Assembly (NCBI GenBank): GCA_950097015.1
Contig: CATNEN010000030.1
Coordinates: forward strand, 4,278,001-4,342,000
DNA: 64,000 bases
Source: Macrostomum hystrix
Lineage: Eukaryota > Animalia > Platyhelminthes
Reading direction: 5' to 3'
In this document: positions 39,233 to 52,345 of the stretch, one piece after another
How positions within the stretch are numbered: the first letter of the stretch is position 1
Layout: every line of letters starts with the position of its first letter
Notes under the pieces: generated by a model
What the model saw: only the letters and a program-made list of their open reading frames with translations
Told to the model about the DNA's origin: nothing
Database searches by the model: none
Program-made: the position numbers and the translations under genes

Positions 39233-39739
39233 CAAGCGCTTCAGTCTCAACAGGTCTTGTTTTCCCAACAGTGCATCCATGTTTGTCTCCCAAAAAAGTT
39301 TGAGCCCCAGTTTGTCCCGCCTTGCCCATCAAAACCAAGCAGACACTTATGTAAATGACTTTAGCTTTGGATGTCAGTGCTAAATATGGTAAATTGTACT
39401 AATCCGAGCTCTCACGGGACCTAGGCACTTAATTTTAATGATGCTTGAACTAATGTTCCTATTGCGCTGGTACAGTGGGACTGGTATACGGACATTAACT
39501 TTAACTTCTCTAATTTGGCCTCATGAGTACAAGCGCTGACCAACACGGATAGATTAAGCGGCAGAACAGTTTCAATTGCGATTCAGTTTATATAAATCTC
39601 GTTGAAAGCTCTTGTAACATGTAAAGATCAAATACTTCAATAAATTAAAAAAAACGAAGGCAGTAAGAAACTTCGGGTGTAAACTTTTTCTCTGGCATCT
39701 CACGACCAGAAAATAAAAAACTGTAACAACCTGGAATCG

Positions 39740-40570
39740 GCTAAACCCCAAATCTTATCAACCCCAGAACTTCTCAGCCCCGAATCTTCCCAAACCCCGA
39801 ATCTTCCCAATCACGAGTCTTCCAAACTCCGAATCTTCCTAAAGCCTAATCTTCCAAAAACCCGAATCATCTCAGCCCTGAATCTACTAAACCCCGAATC
39901 TTCCCAATCACGAATCAAACCCGACTCTTCCCAAACTCGACTCTTCCCAACCCCGACTCTTCCCAAACCCTAATCTTCCAAAAACCCGAATCATCTCAGC
40001 CCTGAATCTACTAAACCCCGAATCTTCCCAACCCCGAATCTTCCCAAACCCGACTCTTCCCAATCCTGAATCATCCCAATCACGAATCTTCCCAAACCCG
40101 AATCTTCCTAAACCCGACTCTTCCCAAACCCGAATCTTCTCAATCCTGAATCTTCCCAACCCCGACTTTTCTCAATCCTGAATCTTCCCAACCCCGACTC
40201 TTCTCAATCCTGAATCTTCCCAACCCCGACTCTTCCCAACTCTGATTCTTCCCAATCACGAATCTTCCCAAACCCGAATCTTCTCAATCCTGAATCTTCC
40301 CAATCACGACTCTTCTCAATCCTGATTCTTCCCAATCACGACTCTTCTCAATCCTGATTCTTCCCAATCACGAATCTTCCCAAACCCGAATCTTCTCAAT
40401 CCTGAATCTTCCCAAACCCGAATCTTCTCAATCCTGAATCTTCCCAATCACGACTCTTCTCAATCCTGATTCTTCCCAATCACGAATCTTCTCAAACCCG
40501 AATCTTCTCAATCCTGAATCTTCCCAATCACGAATCGTCCCAACGCTGATTCTTCCCAAACCCAGAATCT
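39740..40570. repeat. Degenerate 16-18-bp repeat (CCCGAATCTTCCCAAA / CCTGAATCTTCCCAAT family)
   Basis: Direct inspection. Confidence 0.88.
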
Positions 40571-42981
40571 TCCAAAGCCCTGAAAAAGAAGTCTGTTCAG
40601 AGTTCTCGGGAACTGGTGCCAGAAGGATGCATAGTAGAATGATACGTAGCTCGTACAATAATGGCTAAGGCAAAAACTCATCAAGAAAATAATTCACCGC
40701 TCTACTCAGTTGGAACGCGGCAAAAAACGAACTGAGCCAGGCTTTCAAAGAAAAGGGAAGAAGAAAAGACTGTAGAATGCAGGTCAGAGTCTTCTTGAGT
40801 AGCTGAGAGCAGCTGGGGATCTGTCTTAATGCCATAATGACCCTCATTAATTATTCGCAGCAGTGACAAGCGCCCAGCAGCATCTCTGACTGCAGAGCTG
40901 CTTATGTTGCGTGTGTGCCGCAGGCTCTGAACTCAGAACCTGCATTTGGGACTAGAATGAGAAGAAGCAGGGGAGCTGCAGCCACATGCTCCACAAAATC
41001 TGCTTCTGTCAATTCTTTTCCTGTCCTTTGTCGGCAAAGACTCACATTGTTGAAGCCAATAAGGCCTTGATTTCTATAGCCAAGCAGAGTCCCTATAGCA
41101 ATCAAAATTAAATTGTGAAAAGTATTTTTTGAAATTGTTCTTGAATGACTCGAATTCAATATCGTGAGTGAATTTTCGGTCAAAAAGTAAGTTATTCCTA
41201 AGTTAATATTTCTACAAGCGCGCTGTGTTACTTTAAGCAGTATTATGAGGGACTATCAGAAAGTTTTTTAATGCAGGCTGAACAAATATACTTATTATTA
41301 AGGGATTTTGTACTAGGCATGAGCCGTGAACAGAGCATCTGATCTGACAGCCCTATCCGCCTGTTAGCCAAAATTATCTTTGGCTTCAATCCTCAGCGGG
41401 TGCGTGACGTCTCGCATGAATCTGGTCAAGACTGAGCGGAAAGTGCGGACCGGCCTGCGGCCCTCCAAAGCCACAAAACGGAGACAAAAAGGGGTATAGA
41501 GAGGATATAGTGGGATTGCCTCAATAGGAGAATGGGAGAGAACTGCTCCACGGCTCCCAGTCTCTCTGCGAAATCTCTTCCCTGGTCTCGCCTCAAGAAA
41601 TCCCGCTTCCCACCAACAAATGAGACTCAGCGTCATCAAGCCACATCCGCCAGGTAAACAATGCCTTGGCTTTGAGACTTTGTCGGCTCGCGCTGGCAGC
41701 TGGCCAAATCAACCACGGGTCGATTTCAACTTCGGCGTGTGTGTTATTCTTAACTGGCAAAGTGCTTTCTCGCCAGTTGCTGTTGTTAAATGCCAGTTTT
41801 AACTGCAGAAATACCACGTAATTGTCCGCTGGGTAAAGACCAACGAGGGGTATTTCAAATAGAATGACCGATTTTCGTGAAAGTCCACCAAATGGATCAA
41901 GATTATCTGCCCTTTACGGTGAAATAAATTTCAATGAAATTTTGCGAGCAGAAATTAGTGGTTATTGCCACCAGACACCCTGGCGAGAATCGTTGAATAT
42001 CTTGAAGATGTCGATGTTTTTTCATCAGATAGAGCGGAAAATTATAGCCCATTTTCATGGGGACGGGTTGGATATTTTAGGATAAACAGAAAACGAAAAA
42101 TGTGAGAATTTGAAATGCCCCGGGGTCTTTCTACTGTTAAACACCTGGAAGCTAATAGCTATATAGTGAGACTGCGGGCCCACAGACTACTAGCGGTCAG
42201 AAAGTTAAGAAAAAATGTCCCACAGCAATGGAGATGTAGTATGGGATGGCTGTTGGCGGCAACGCCAGAAATCGCCCCTACACACACTGGCAGTTCCTGC
42301 ATGTCAGCGTAGGCCACACTCCTCTGTTCCTCCGCCTGTCTGTCTGCCTTCTCCCCAATTCCTTCTCCTTGCACTAATAGTTCAGGCTCTCCAGCACTCC
42401 AGTGCTCACCAGAATAGCTCTCAGCAGCCAGACCGGCTACTCCAGCAGCTGTCTCTCCGCTTCGCCCCCTTCTGTCCGGGCGCTCCACTCCACTGCGTGA
42501 GCCGCTCTCCCCCTCCGCTGGCCCCCTTCTCCCTGCCGTACCCAGTCGAGGTGGGGCTGAGGCTCTCGCTAACATCGCCCCGCTCAGCTTGGCAGAAGGG
42601 AAGTAGATTGCGGGCAGACTGGGGCGGAAAGGCGAGGGAAGGGGGTGGCTGGCCAGTGAGGGGGCTGGGGAGCAGAAGGGAAACGGCCGGGGGAACTGAA
42701 ATGGCAGAGGGCAGAGAGCTTGGGGCCCGATCTGAGACGGGCAGACAGACAGCAAGAGGAGGAGGAGGAGGAGGAGACCAAAGTACTTAAGGACGCGTTC
42801 TGTCCAAAGCCACACACCCAACTGCCATAACCGATCTGAGCTGCTGCCAAGTATTTTGCTTCTTAAGACCTGACTCATCTCTTGAGGGCTCACTCAGTGG
42901 GTCATTGTGCAGCGGCTAAACGCATGGCAGCCAGCCAAGTGACGAGCTAAGCTGCGGCCCAGGTGGGACCTGCACACTGTG

Positions 42982-43292
42982 ATGTACTTCTGTGAAGATT
43001 ACGGCTCCGCCTCCGAGGACGATGACGACGGGAGGGGCACCGTGCTCCACTTTGCAGCGGCTGATATAGCCGGCCAAGACAAGACGACGAAGACAATCCT
43101 GAACCCGCTGTCTCTGTTTCAGGGAGCTGAAGCAACACGAAGCTATTCGGCGCCGAATTCTCCGAGACCATCACAGGCGGGTTCCTCAGCGGCTACAGCT
43201 GCTGCTGCTGCTAGTGGCGGCGCTGCTGAGGCATCGTCATTAGCTGCCACATCAGCAGCAAATCGACGGCAGAGAAATGCTTCTGTCTGTTC

Positions 43293-43340
<48 letters not shown>

Positions 43341-45771
43341 ACATCAACTGCAGCGCGCCCCAGAGCTTTCTCCTCAGCCTCTTCAGCGCAAGAATCAGTA
43401 CCAACAGGGTCGAACACCGTCCACCGCCTCCTCGGCTTCGCCTCCTCCCCCGCCCTACCCAGATCAGCAGCAGCAGCAGCAACAACATATCCAGTTGAAC
43501 TCACATGGAATGCAAGCGTCCGCATCAACCTCTGCTGGCGCGATCGGATCGCACTCAGCGACGCCCTTTGTGACTGTGAACGGAGGCGGACGCCACGACG
43601 GTTTCATTCTACAGCAGACGACTGCCGCCTTCCAGGAAGTGCGCGAGATCAACCTGGGCAGGAACAACGAGGAGCCCTACGGCATGAAGGTGGAGTGCAT
43701 CGGAGAGGTGAGCGGGCTCCATTTCCAGCAGGTGTTAATACCAAATCATTAAAAATGCGTTTGCTACTGTACCGGTCTTGTAGCTAGAAGTCAGTAAACT
43801 GAGAAATACTCATACTTTTCTATGGGTTTAATCAGGGAGCGAAATGCTTTACCGCAATGAGATTATGTTTTTTCTTGACGCAAGCGAAGATTGCAGTGTA
43901 GAAGGGTCGTCAGTAGAACTGTTTGAATTGTAGGAATATCGTTATCATTCTTTATCGTTCTCATATCTCCTTTCTCAGTTTCTAGAATCGCTGAAGTTGG
44001 TTGTCAAGGCAGACCGCACATTACATTTTTTCAACGATGCTTAATTTTATTAAAGCAGGCCTTCTATATCACCCACGTGGTACGCAACTCTGTTGCTGCC
44101 TGCGCTGGTCTCAAAGTCGGCGATGAGATTGTCCGAATTAACGATCGCCGACTAGACGGCTTAAAGACGCGCGAGGTCCTGCAGATCATTCGGCAGAGCG
44201 ATGTGTGCGTCAAACTGGCCTTCAGGCCCAGGTGAGAGTGCAGGAGCTGACGGTCTTATCAATAGCGCGTCTCCGTAACTATGAGAAACTCGGAGAGCAA
44301 AGGTACCGCTTGTGTCAGCTCACCCTTACCTATCATCGATTGCAGAGCCGTCGTGGCGAGAATTCGAGAAGTTCGCCTCACGAAGGACAACGGAGTGCTC
44401 GGTCTTAGGCTTCAGAAGAAGCCGGATGTGAGTAAACTAACTGGCGCCAGTTGAAATACCTGCCAAGGACAAACCTACAAAGAGCAAACGCCTTTTTTCT
44501 CTTCGTGGCGCAGGGTCTGTACATCGACTTTGTAAAAGTTGGCACAGTGGCTCATGGCGCAGGTCTCAAAGACGGCGATCAAGTACTGAAAATCAACAGC
44601 CACGTTGTGACGGACTGGTCCATGGAGGGTGCCATGGCATTGTTGAAGTCTCTGAGTGAAAGCGAGCCGCTGCAGCTGCTAATCCGCGAGACGCTTCCTC
44701 TGACTCACGTGGCCTCAGGCGCTGCTCAGCTCAAGCAGACGACACTGCCGGACTGCAACGGACCGCAGCAGCAGCAGCAGCAGCAACAGTTTCGTAGGCA
44801 ATGCTCTGCAACAGCAACAACAGCGGAGACGCATCAGAATGGTGTCATCGGGGAAGGCTGCGGCCCTTCTGAGCGAACTGCCAGCTGTTCCCGACTTGGC
44901 GATGTAGGCGCCAGCGTCAGCACTGACGGCGGAGCCGGCGTCGGCAGCAGTAGTGGCGCCGTGGTCCGTCGCGCCCTGGGTACGAACCCGTGCGCATCAA
45001 CAGACGACCTCGAGATCACCCGGCTGCCCATGGAGACGACGGACAACCAAAGAGGCCCCGGGACATCTTCGGCATCCTCGTTTCTCAAGTCCTCCAGGCT
45101 GACCTCCTTCCTGAAGTCGGCTCGGCTGTCTCGCCAGCAGTCGCCCAGGCAGACTTCAGCCCTATCTGGCGCTTCTGGGCGTGACCGGGGGTGAGTGATA
45201 TAATAAATATGATTGATTGATTGATTGACTATGATAAGAAATGCCATCGGATAGGATAGCTACATCTGTGACAGGGTACAGGTTTTCAATATTCACCATT
45301 GTTAAACGGTTGTCAGAAGTTTTCAGACACGTGTCAACCGCCAATAAAACATGATTTTCATGGCTGACTGCTACAAACTTGAATTTCTTAATTTATCTAC
45401 CAGGTCCTCCTAGCAACAACCCGGCAACCGAGCCGAACAGTGGCTGTCGCATTCGCATTTTCTCATCAGCCTGTACAAAGACGCGCCCCGACGACAAGCC
45501 CGCTGGCGCAGAGAGCTATGACAAGTTACCCTGCTTGCCTGCATCATCCTGTTTCAATTCGCTCGGCAGGACCATCGACCTGAACTTCGGGGGTTTCATG
45601 ACTAATTTATCTGTCCCACGAGGCGGAATCGGTTCAACTCGGAGACATAAAAATCCCAAATCGGGAAAAGATGCAAATCCAAACAGCCTGATAACAGGCC
45701 AGTCAATCTCACAGATTCGACCCGAGTGTAGCGTGTTCCGACTCAGATTTCTGAGACCGTTACATTTGTAG
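42982..45771 (+). CDS. Tandem two-PDZ scaffold protein, syntenin-like, with low-complexity polyQ N-terminus
   Basis: Exons 42982 (or acceptor 43123)-43707, 44059-44231, 44346-44427, 44514-45190, and a last exon from 45404 (stop at 45413) or 45414 (stop at 45771). PDZ1: PYGMKV...FYITHV...AGLKVGDEIVRIN. PDZ2: VLGLRL..GLYIDFV..AGLKDGDQVLKIN..DWSMEGA. (CAG)15 tract at about 43294. Confidence 0.82.
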
Positions 45772-46659
45772 GCGTTTTGAGTTTGTCTACAATATTTAGC
45801 ACCGAATAATAAAGCCGTAATAAGTGCGGACAGCTGCTCTCAGCACTTATTACGTGACAGGTCAATATTGAACAATTCAAACAAATCTAGATCGCACAAG
45901 CCGTGCAGCTACTTACAGTAGGCTTAAAGCACTGATACTCAGCATCGCTGCAATTTGTTAAATGAGACGCTTCCATTGCTCCTTCTGCTGCTTACGAATA
46001 TGTCTATTCATGAGGATTTCCGACATCTGTAAGAGTATATTCGTTAGGATCATTTGCGCAATTTTTTTTGCTCTTAATTATGCTTTGAGAATTCTGCAAT
46101 TTCTATTTATAGATCTTTTAGAGCGCCATTGTTCAAAGCATACCTCAGTTTTGCGTGTTGTGTTGGACAGGCCATGTGGCCTTGTAAAATCTATTTTGCG
46201 CTCCATTCACAGTCAGTTATATCGGGACAACAAGCTTGCGATCCCCATTTTCAATGCCGAGAGAAGGAATACTGAATGCCTGACATCTAATACCTGTAAA
46301 TGTTCACCCAGCGTGTACTCTCTTTATCTGGGCTTCATCCTACTCCCTGGTCTTCCATCGCCTGCAGCAAAATTTGCCCATAATTTAGGGATATATTCCT
46401 TATGTAGAGTGGAGCAGTCATTCCAAGGTGAGATTGAGCAAATCTTCTTAATTAATACTCGATGGATCATTCCCCCTTGTTACTCTAATTTATACTGCAC
46501 GTGAGTTAGAGTAGATGTGCTTTTCTATTTTCAAATCTTGTCATTTGCCAGTAAAACTTACTGCATTATGCGCGGAAAAGCGCCATGATTGGCCAGAATA
46601 ATTCTGAATTGAGACCGTCTCTACTGTTATTTTCTCTAATACCTGGCTAACACCCGAGT

Positions 46660-48115
46660 AAGGAGAAGGGGGAAGAAGGAAGGAATGGTGGAAGGAAGGA
46701 AGGCATGGTGGAAGGAAGGGATTGTGGAAGGAAGGGATGGTGGAAGGAAGGAAGGGATGGTGGAAGGAAGAAAGGGATGGTGGAAGGAAGGAAGGAATGG
46801 TGGAAGGAAGGAAGGAATGGTGGAAGGAAGGGAGGGATGGTGGAAGGAAGGAAGGGATGGTGGAAGGAAGGGAGGGATGGTGGAAGGAAGGAAGGGATGG
46901 TGGAAGGAAGAAAGGGATGGTGGAAGGAAGGGAGGGATGGTGGAAGGAAGGAAGGGATGGTGGAAGGAAGGAAGGGATGGTGGAAGGAAGGAAGGAATGG
47001 TGGAAGGAAGGAAGGAATGGTGGAAGGAAGGGAGGGATGGTGGAAGGAAGGAAGGGATGGTGGAAGGAAGGGAGGGATGGTGGAAGGAAGGAAGGGATGG
47101 TGGAAGGAAGGAAGGAATGGTGGAAGGAAGGAAGGGATGGTGGAAGGAAGGAAGGGATGGTGGAAAGAAGGAAGGGATGGTGGAAGGAAGGAAGGGATGG
47201 TGGAAGGAAGGAAGGGATGGTGGAAGGAAGGGATGGTGGAAGGAAGGAAGGGATGGTGGAAGGAAGGAAGGGATGGTGGAAGGAAGGAAGGGATGATGGA
47301 AGGAAGGGATGGTGGAAGGAAGGGATGGTGGAAGGAAGGGATGGCGGAAGGAAGGGATGGCGGAAGGAAGGGATGGTGGAAGGAAGGGATGGCGGAAGGA
47401 AGGGATGGCGGAAGGAAGGGATGGTGGAAGGAAGGGATGATGGAAGGAAGGGATGGTGGAAGGAAGGGATGGTGGAAGGAAGGGATTGTGGAAGGAAGGG
47501 ATGGTGGAAGGAAGGGATTGTGGAAGAAAGGAAGGGATGGTGTAAGGAAGGGATTGTGGAAGGAAGGGATTGTGGAAGAAAGGAAGGGATGGTGGAAGGA
47601 AGGGATGGTGGAAGGAAGGGATTGCGGAAGAAAGGGAGGGATGGTGGAAGGAAGGGATTGCGGAAGAAAGGGAGGGATGGTGGAAGGAAGGGATGGTGGA
47701 AGGAAGGGATTGTGGAAGGAAGGGATGGTGGAAGGAAGGGATGGTGGAAGGAAGGGATGGTGGAAGGAAGGGATGGTGGAAGGAAGGGATTGTGGAAGAA
47801 AGGAAGGGATGGTGGAAGGAAGGGATGGTGGAAGGAAGGGATTGTGGAAGAAAGGAAGGGATGGTGGAAGGAAGGGATGGTGGAAGGAAGGGATGGTGGA
47901 AGGAAGGGATGGTGGAAGGAAGGGATGATGGAAGGAAGGGATGGTGGAAGGAAGGGATGGTGGAAGGAAGGGATGGTGGAAGGAAGGGATTGTGGAAGGA
48001 AGGGATTGTGGAAGGAAGGGATTGTGGAAGAAAGGGATTGTGGAAGGAAGGGATTGTGGAAGGAAGGGATTGTGGAAGAAAGGGATTGTGGAAGAAGGGA
48101 TTGTGGAAGGACGTG
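46660..48115. repeat. Purine-rich GGAA-based minisatellite (20-bp GGAAGGAAGGAAGGGATGGT, then 16-bp GGAAGGAAGGGATGGT units)
   Basis: Direct inspection; almost no C on the + strand over about 1.45 kb. Confidence 0.96.
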
Positions 48116-48974
48116 AAGAAGGAAATAGCGAATGAGTTAAAAATGAATATTTGAAGATTTGGAGAAATAGGCGAAAACGAATAATTGTCAGATAAAAGAG
48201 AAAAGCGAATGTGCAATTAAAATAATTATGAGCTAAGAGAACATGGAGACAGAAAAAATTACGATGTGTGGCGTTTAGAAACACCAGACTGACGAACCAC
48301 ATATGCTGAGAAAGTTTTATCATAAAAATAAAGTATTTTAGGACCGCAGACGAAATGAAAACTACTCACAGTAGTATCAGTGCCCAACGAAAAAGCCGAT
48401 TGCGAGTAGACTTTTATATTTAGGCTTTCCAAGCGTTAGTTTTTTTCTTTGAAAAAATCATTCATTCTTACATTTTTGGTTTTTAATGCATCGTAAAAAC
48501 TATATTTCAAGCTATACTTTCCGTCCTGGCCGAAGCTTTGATGCTAGTTGGTGCTGTACGAGTAAAAATATAGCTGAGTAATTAATTGCGTTTCTCACTA
48601 AAATATGCTATTCACAATTTAACCCGCAAGACCAGCAGTGGCAACCGCTTATAAGATATATTATACATCCATGACCAGCTGATAAAAAATGACACTTTAA
48701 AACTTGCTGCGGGACTCACTCACTGCGAGAGAAGGGAAACACGAGGAGAAATAGGGGATAGGGGATCACTGTAGGTGCTCAGGGGCTCCGGCTGCCCCCA
48801 GTCCAGCTATGCGCGCAGCTATAACTGATGCGGGTTTCTCCACAGCTTTTCAATTGCTTGTAGAATACTCAGGGTTCTCTGGTGAATTGCGGCTGAGCAA
48901 CACCTGTTCTCAAATTTCACCAGGTAAACTGTCTAATGACATGAATAAAGGAAATGGGCTAGCATGGCCTCATA

Positions 48975-50760
48975 CAAAAAGGAGCAGAATGGATTGCTAG
49001 TCTAGCCTCATAAATAAAGGAGCAGAATGGATTGCTAGTCTAGCCTCGTTCATAGATAAAGAAGTAGAATGGATTGCTAGTCTAGTCTCATAGATAAAGG
49101 AGTAGAATGGATTGCTAGTCTAGCCTCATAAATAAAGGAGTATAATGGATTGCTCGTCTAGTCACATAAATAAAGAGTATAATGGATTGCTAGTCTAGTC
49201 ACATAAATAAAGAGTATAATGGATTGCTAGTCTAGTCTCATAGATAAAGAAGTAGAATGGATTGCTAGTCTAGTCTCAGAAATAAGGAGTAGAATGGATT
49301 GCTAGTCAGACTCAAAGTTGAGTAGAATGGATTGCTAGTCTAGTCTCAAAGATAAAGGAGTAGAATGGATTGCTAGTCTAGTCTCAGAAATAAGGAGTAG
49401 AATGGATTGCTAGTCTAGTCTCATAGATAAAGGAGTAGAATGGATTGCTAGTCTAGTCTCATAGATAAAGGAGTAGAATGGATTGCTAGTCTACTCTCGT
49501 TCATAGATAAAGGAGTAGAATGGATTGCTAGTCTACTCTCGTTCATAGATAAAGGAGTAGAATGGATTGCTAGTCTAGTCTCATAGATAAAGGAGTGGAA
49601 TGGATTGCTAGTCTAGTCTCATAGATAAAGGAGTGGAATGGATTGCTAGTCTAATCTCGTTCATAGATAAAGAAGTATAATGGATTGCTAGTCTAGTCAC
49701 ATAAATAAAGAAGTAGAATGGATTGCTAGTCTAGTCTCGTTCATAGATAAAGAATTAGAATGGATTGCTAGTCTAGCCTTGTTCATAGATAAAGAATTAG
49801 AATGGATTGCTAGTCTAGCCTCGTTCATAGATAAAGAAGTAGAATGGATTGCTAGTCTAGTCTCATAGATAAAGGAGTAGAATGGATTGCTAGTCTAGCC
49901 TCATAAATAAAGGAGTATAATGGATTGCTCGTCTAGTCACATAAATAAAGAGTATAATGGATTGCTAGTCTAGTCACATAAATAAAGAGTATAATGGATT
50001 GCTAGTCTAGTCTCATAGATAAAGAAGTAGAATGGATTGCTAGTCTAATCTCGTTCAGAGATAAAGAAGTAGAATGGATTGCTAGTCTAGTCTCATAGAT
50101 CAAGGAGTAGAATGGATTGCTAGTCTAGTCTCATAGATCAAGGAGTAGAATGGATTGCTAGTCTAGTCTCGTTCATAGATAAAGGATTAGAATGGATTGC
50201 TAGTCAGACTCAAAGATGAGTAGAATGGATTGCTAGTCTAGTCTCATAGATAAAGGAGTGGAATGGATTGCTAGTCTAGTCTCAGAAATAAGGAGTAGAA
50301 TGGATTGCTAGTCTAGTCTCATAGATAAAGGAGTAGAATGGATTGCTAGTCTAGTCTCATAGATAAAGGAGTAGAATGGATTGCTAGTCTACTCTCGTTC
50401 ATAGATAAAGGAGTAGAATGGATTGCTAGTCTACTCTCGTTCATAGATAAAGGAGTAGAATGGATTGCTAGTCTAGTCTCATAGATAAAGGAGTGGAATG
50501 GATTGCTAGTCTAGTCTCATAGATAAAGGAGTGGAATGGATTGCTAGTCTAATCTCGTTCATAGATAAAGAAGTATAATGGATTGCTAGTCTAGTCACAT
50601 AAATAAAGAAGTAGAATGGATTGCTAGTCTAGTCTCGTTCATAGATAAAGAATTAGAATGGATTGCTAGTCTAGCCTTGTTCATAGATAAAGGAGTAGAA
50701 TGGATTGCTAGTCTCAGCCTCGTGGTTGAAGGAATCAAAATGGGTTGCTTGTCTAGCCCC
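48975..50760. repeat. 38/42-bp minisatellite (AGAATGGATTGCTAGTCTAGTCTCATAGATAAAGGAGT), about 45 units, with an internal block duplication
   Basis: Direct inspection; rare variants recur at an 898-bp offset (49307/50205, 49491/50389). Confidence 0.95.
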
Positions 50761-51299
50761 AGAAATACTTTTAAAGTAGCCTCGTATTCTCGATCTCATT
50801 AGGTTCTAGATTCAAATAGTTTTTCTTAAAAAAAAACAATTTTCCTGTAGATCTCGGGTCACGTGTTTTTGTCATCAAACACAGCAGCTCTATAGAATTC
50901 TCATGTAGCCCATCAAAGCTACGAGCGAATCCAAATTGGCAATTGACCACTGATCAGTTAGCATTTCCTGGCCCATTTCGATTGGAATTAAAATTATTTC
51001 GCGAGTTTTTTGCCGAATTCAATCGAATTTCGTTACAATTTTTTGCAACAAAAATTAAACTCAAGTCCAATTGAGAAATCAAAAATTGAAACGAATTTCA
51101 AGCAAAGCACTCAGACCTAGACATTGCCGATGGCTACAGGTGGCAATTAGGGCAGTCTCAAATTGTTTACCGGAATTTTCGCTACATTAAAAAAAGCTGA
51201 ACCAAGCACGTTAATTTACAAGATATTGCAAGAGACTTGTGTTGCAGAAAATACAGGGCGTCGAAATGTCCTGCTGCACCATACGTGTAAGCTGAGCTG

Positions 51300-51730
51300 G
51301 AATCGAAGCAGGAGCTGTAGCTAGCACAGTAGCTAGAATCGTAGCAGGAGCAGTAGCTGCTAGAATCGTAGCAGGAGCTGTAGCTGCTAGAATCGTAGCA
51401 GGAGCTGTAGCTGCTAGAATCGTAGCAGGAGCTGTAGCTTGAATCGTAGCAGGAGCTGTAGCTGCTAGAATAGTAGCAGGAGCTGTAGCTGCTAGAATAG
51501 TAGCAGGAGCTGTAGCTGCTAGAATAGTAGCAGGAGCTGTAGCTGCTAGAATAGTAGCAGGAGCTGTAGCTGCTAGAATAGTAGCAGGAGCTGTAGCTGC
51601 TAGAATCGTAGCAGGAGCAGTAGCTGCTAGAATCGTAGCAGGAGCTGTAGCTGCTAGAATAGTAGCAGGAGTTGTAGCTGCTAGAATAGTAGCAGGAGCT
51701 GTAGCATGAACCGTAGCAGGAACTGTAGCT
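51300..51730. repeat. 27-bp minisatellite (GTAGCTGCTAGAAT(C/A)GTAGCAGGAGCT), about 15 units
   Basis: Direct inspection. Confidence 0.94.
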
Positions 51731-52214
51731 TGACACACAATTACTCCATTGTGTCCTGAGACCATTGGATCAAATTTAGAGTTGTTCACTTATTGCAAAT
51801 CACACTGTCTTTATTGGTGGCAGTACATCTGCAAACTCCAGAGTTACATGTGTATTACATACGAGGACTTCAAATAAAAACTATTAGATTTACGACTCGT
51901 AGGTCCAACTGGCGAAAAATGCTGTCAATATTGAATACTGACGCACGATCAGTTCTCACTCAGCGCTAGCTTGCAAAAATTGTTCTGTTCTGCATTAAAG
52001 TAAAAGACTAACTTCTGCGAGGCACAGCCAGCAGTGGCCAGCTGAATATGAAGGCTGAAGTCGAAAAGCACGCAAGAATGGCTGCCAGGCGACAGTTTCA
52101 CTTCCGTTTGACATGAATTGATCGATTAAATTCGCGCAGGGGACACAGAGAGAAATGGATAATGACGGGGAGGCAGGGAGATGAAGAGGCTGAAGACATG
52201 AAGCAGGAAGATTA

Positions 52215-52345
52215 CTGAGAGACAGAGAGACAGAGACAGAGAGACAGAGATACAGGGAGACAGAGAGACAGAGAGACAGAGAGGTAGAGAGACACAGAGA
52301 CAGGGAGACAGAGAGACAGAGAGACAGAGAGACAGAGAGACAGAG
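52215..52345. repeat. (GAGACAGA)n simple repeat within a GA-rich tract
   Basis: Direct inspection. Confidence 0.85.

Noticed and set aside
45962-46504. 180-aa ORF downstream of the PDZ gene
   Set aside because: AT-rich, no coding-like codon bias or recognisable motif; probably chance.
46636-48323. 400-550-aa Pro/His-rich or Gly/Glu-rich ORFs
   Set aside because: Artefacts of the GGAA minisatellite; several frames are open on both strands.
5053-50760. Regularly spaced repeats as CRISPR arrays
   Set aside because: Units are contiguous with no unique spacers, no cas genes are present, and the DNA is eukaryotic.
51182-51789. Cys/Tyr/Ser-rich (YSSCYYSSS) keratin-associated-like ORF and ATAPATIL ORF
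   Set aside because: Two frames of the same 27-bp repeat, whose relative sits in a kinesin intron; no signal peptide or unique domain.
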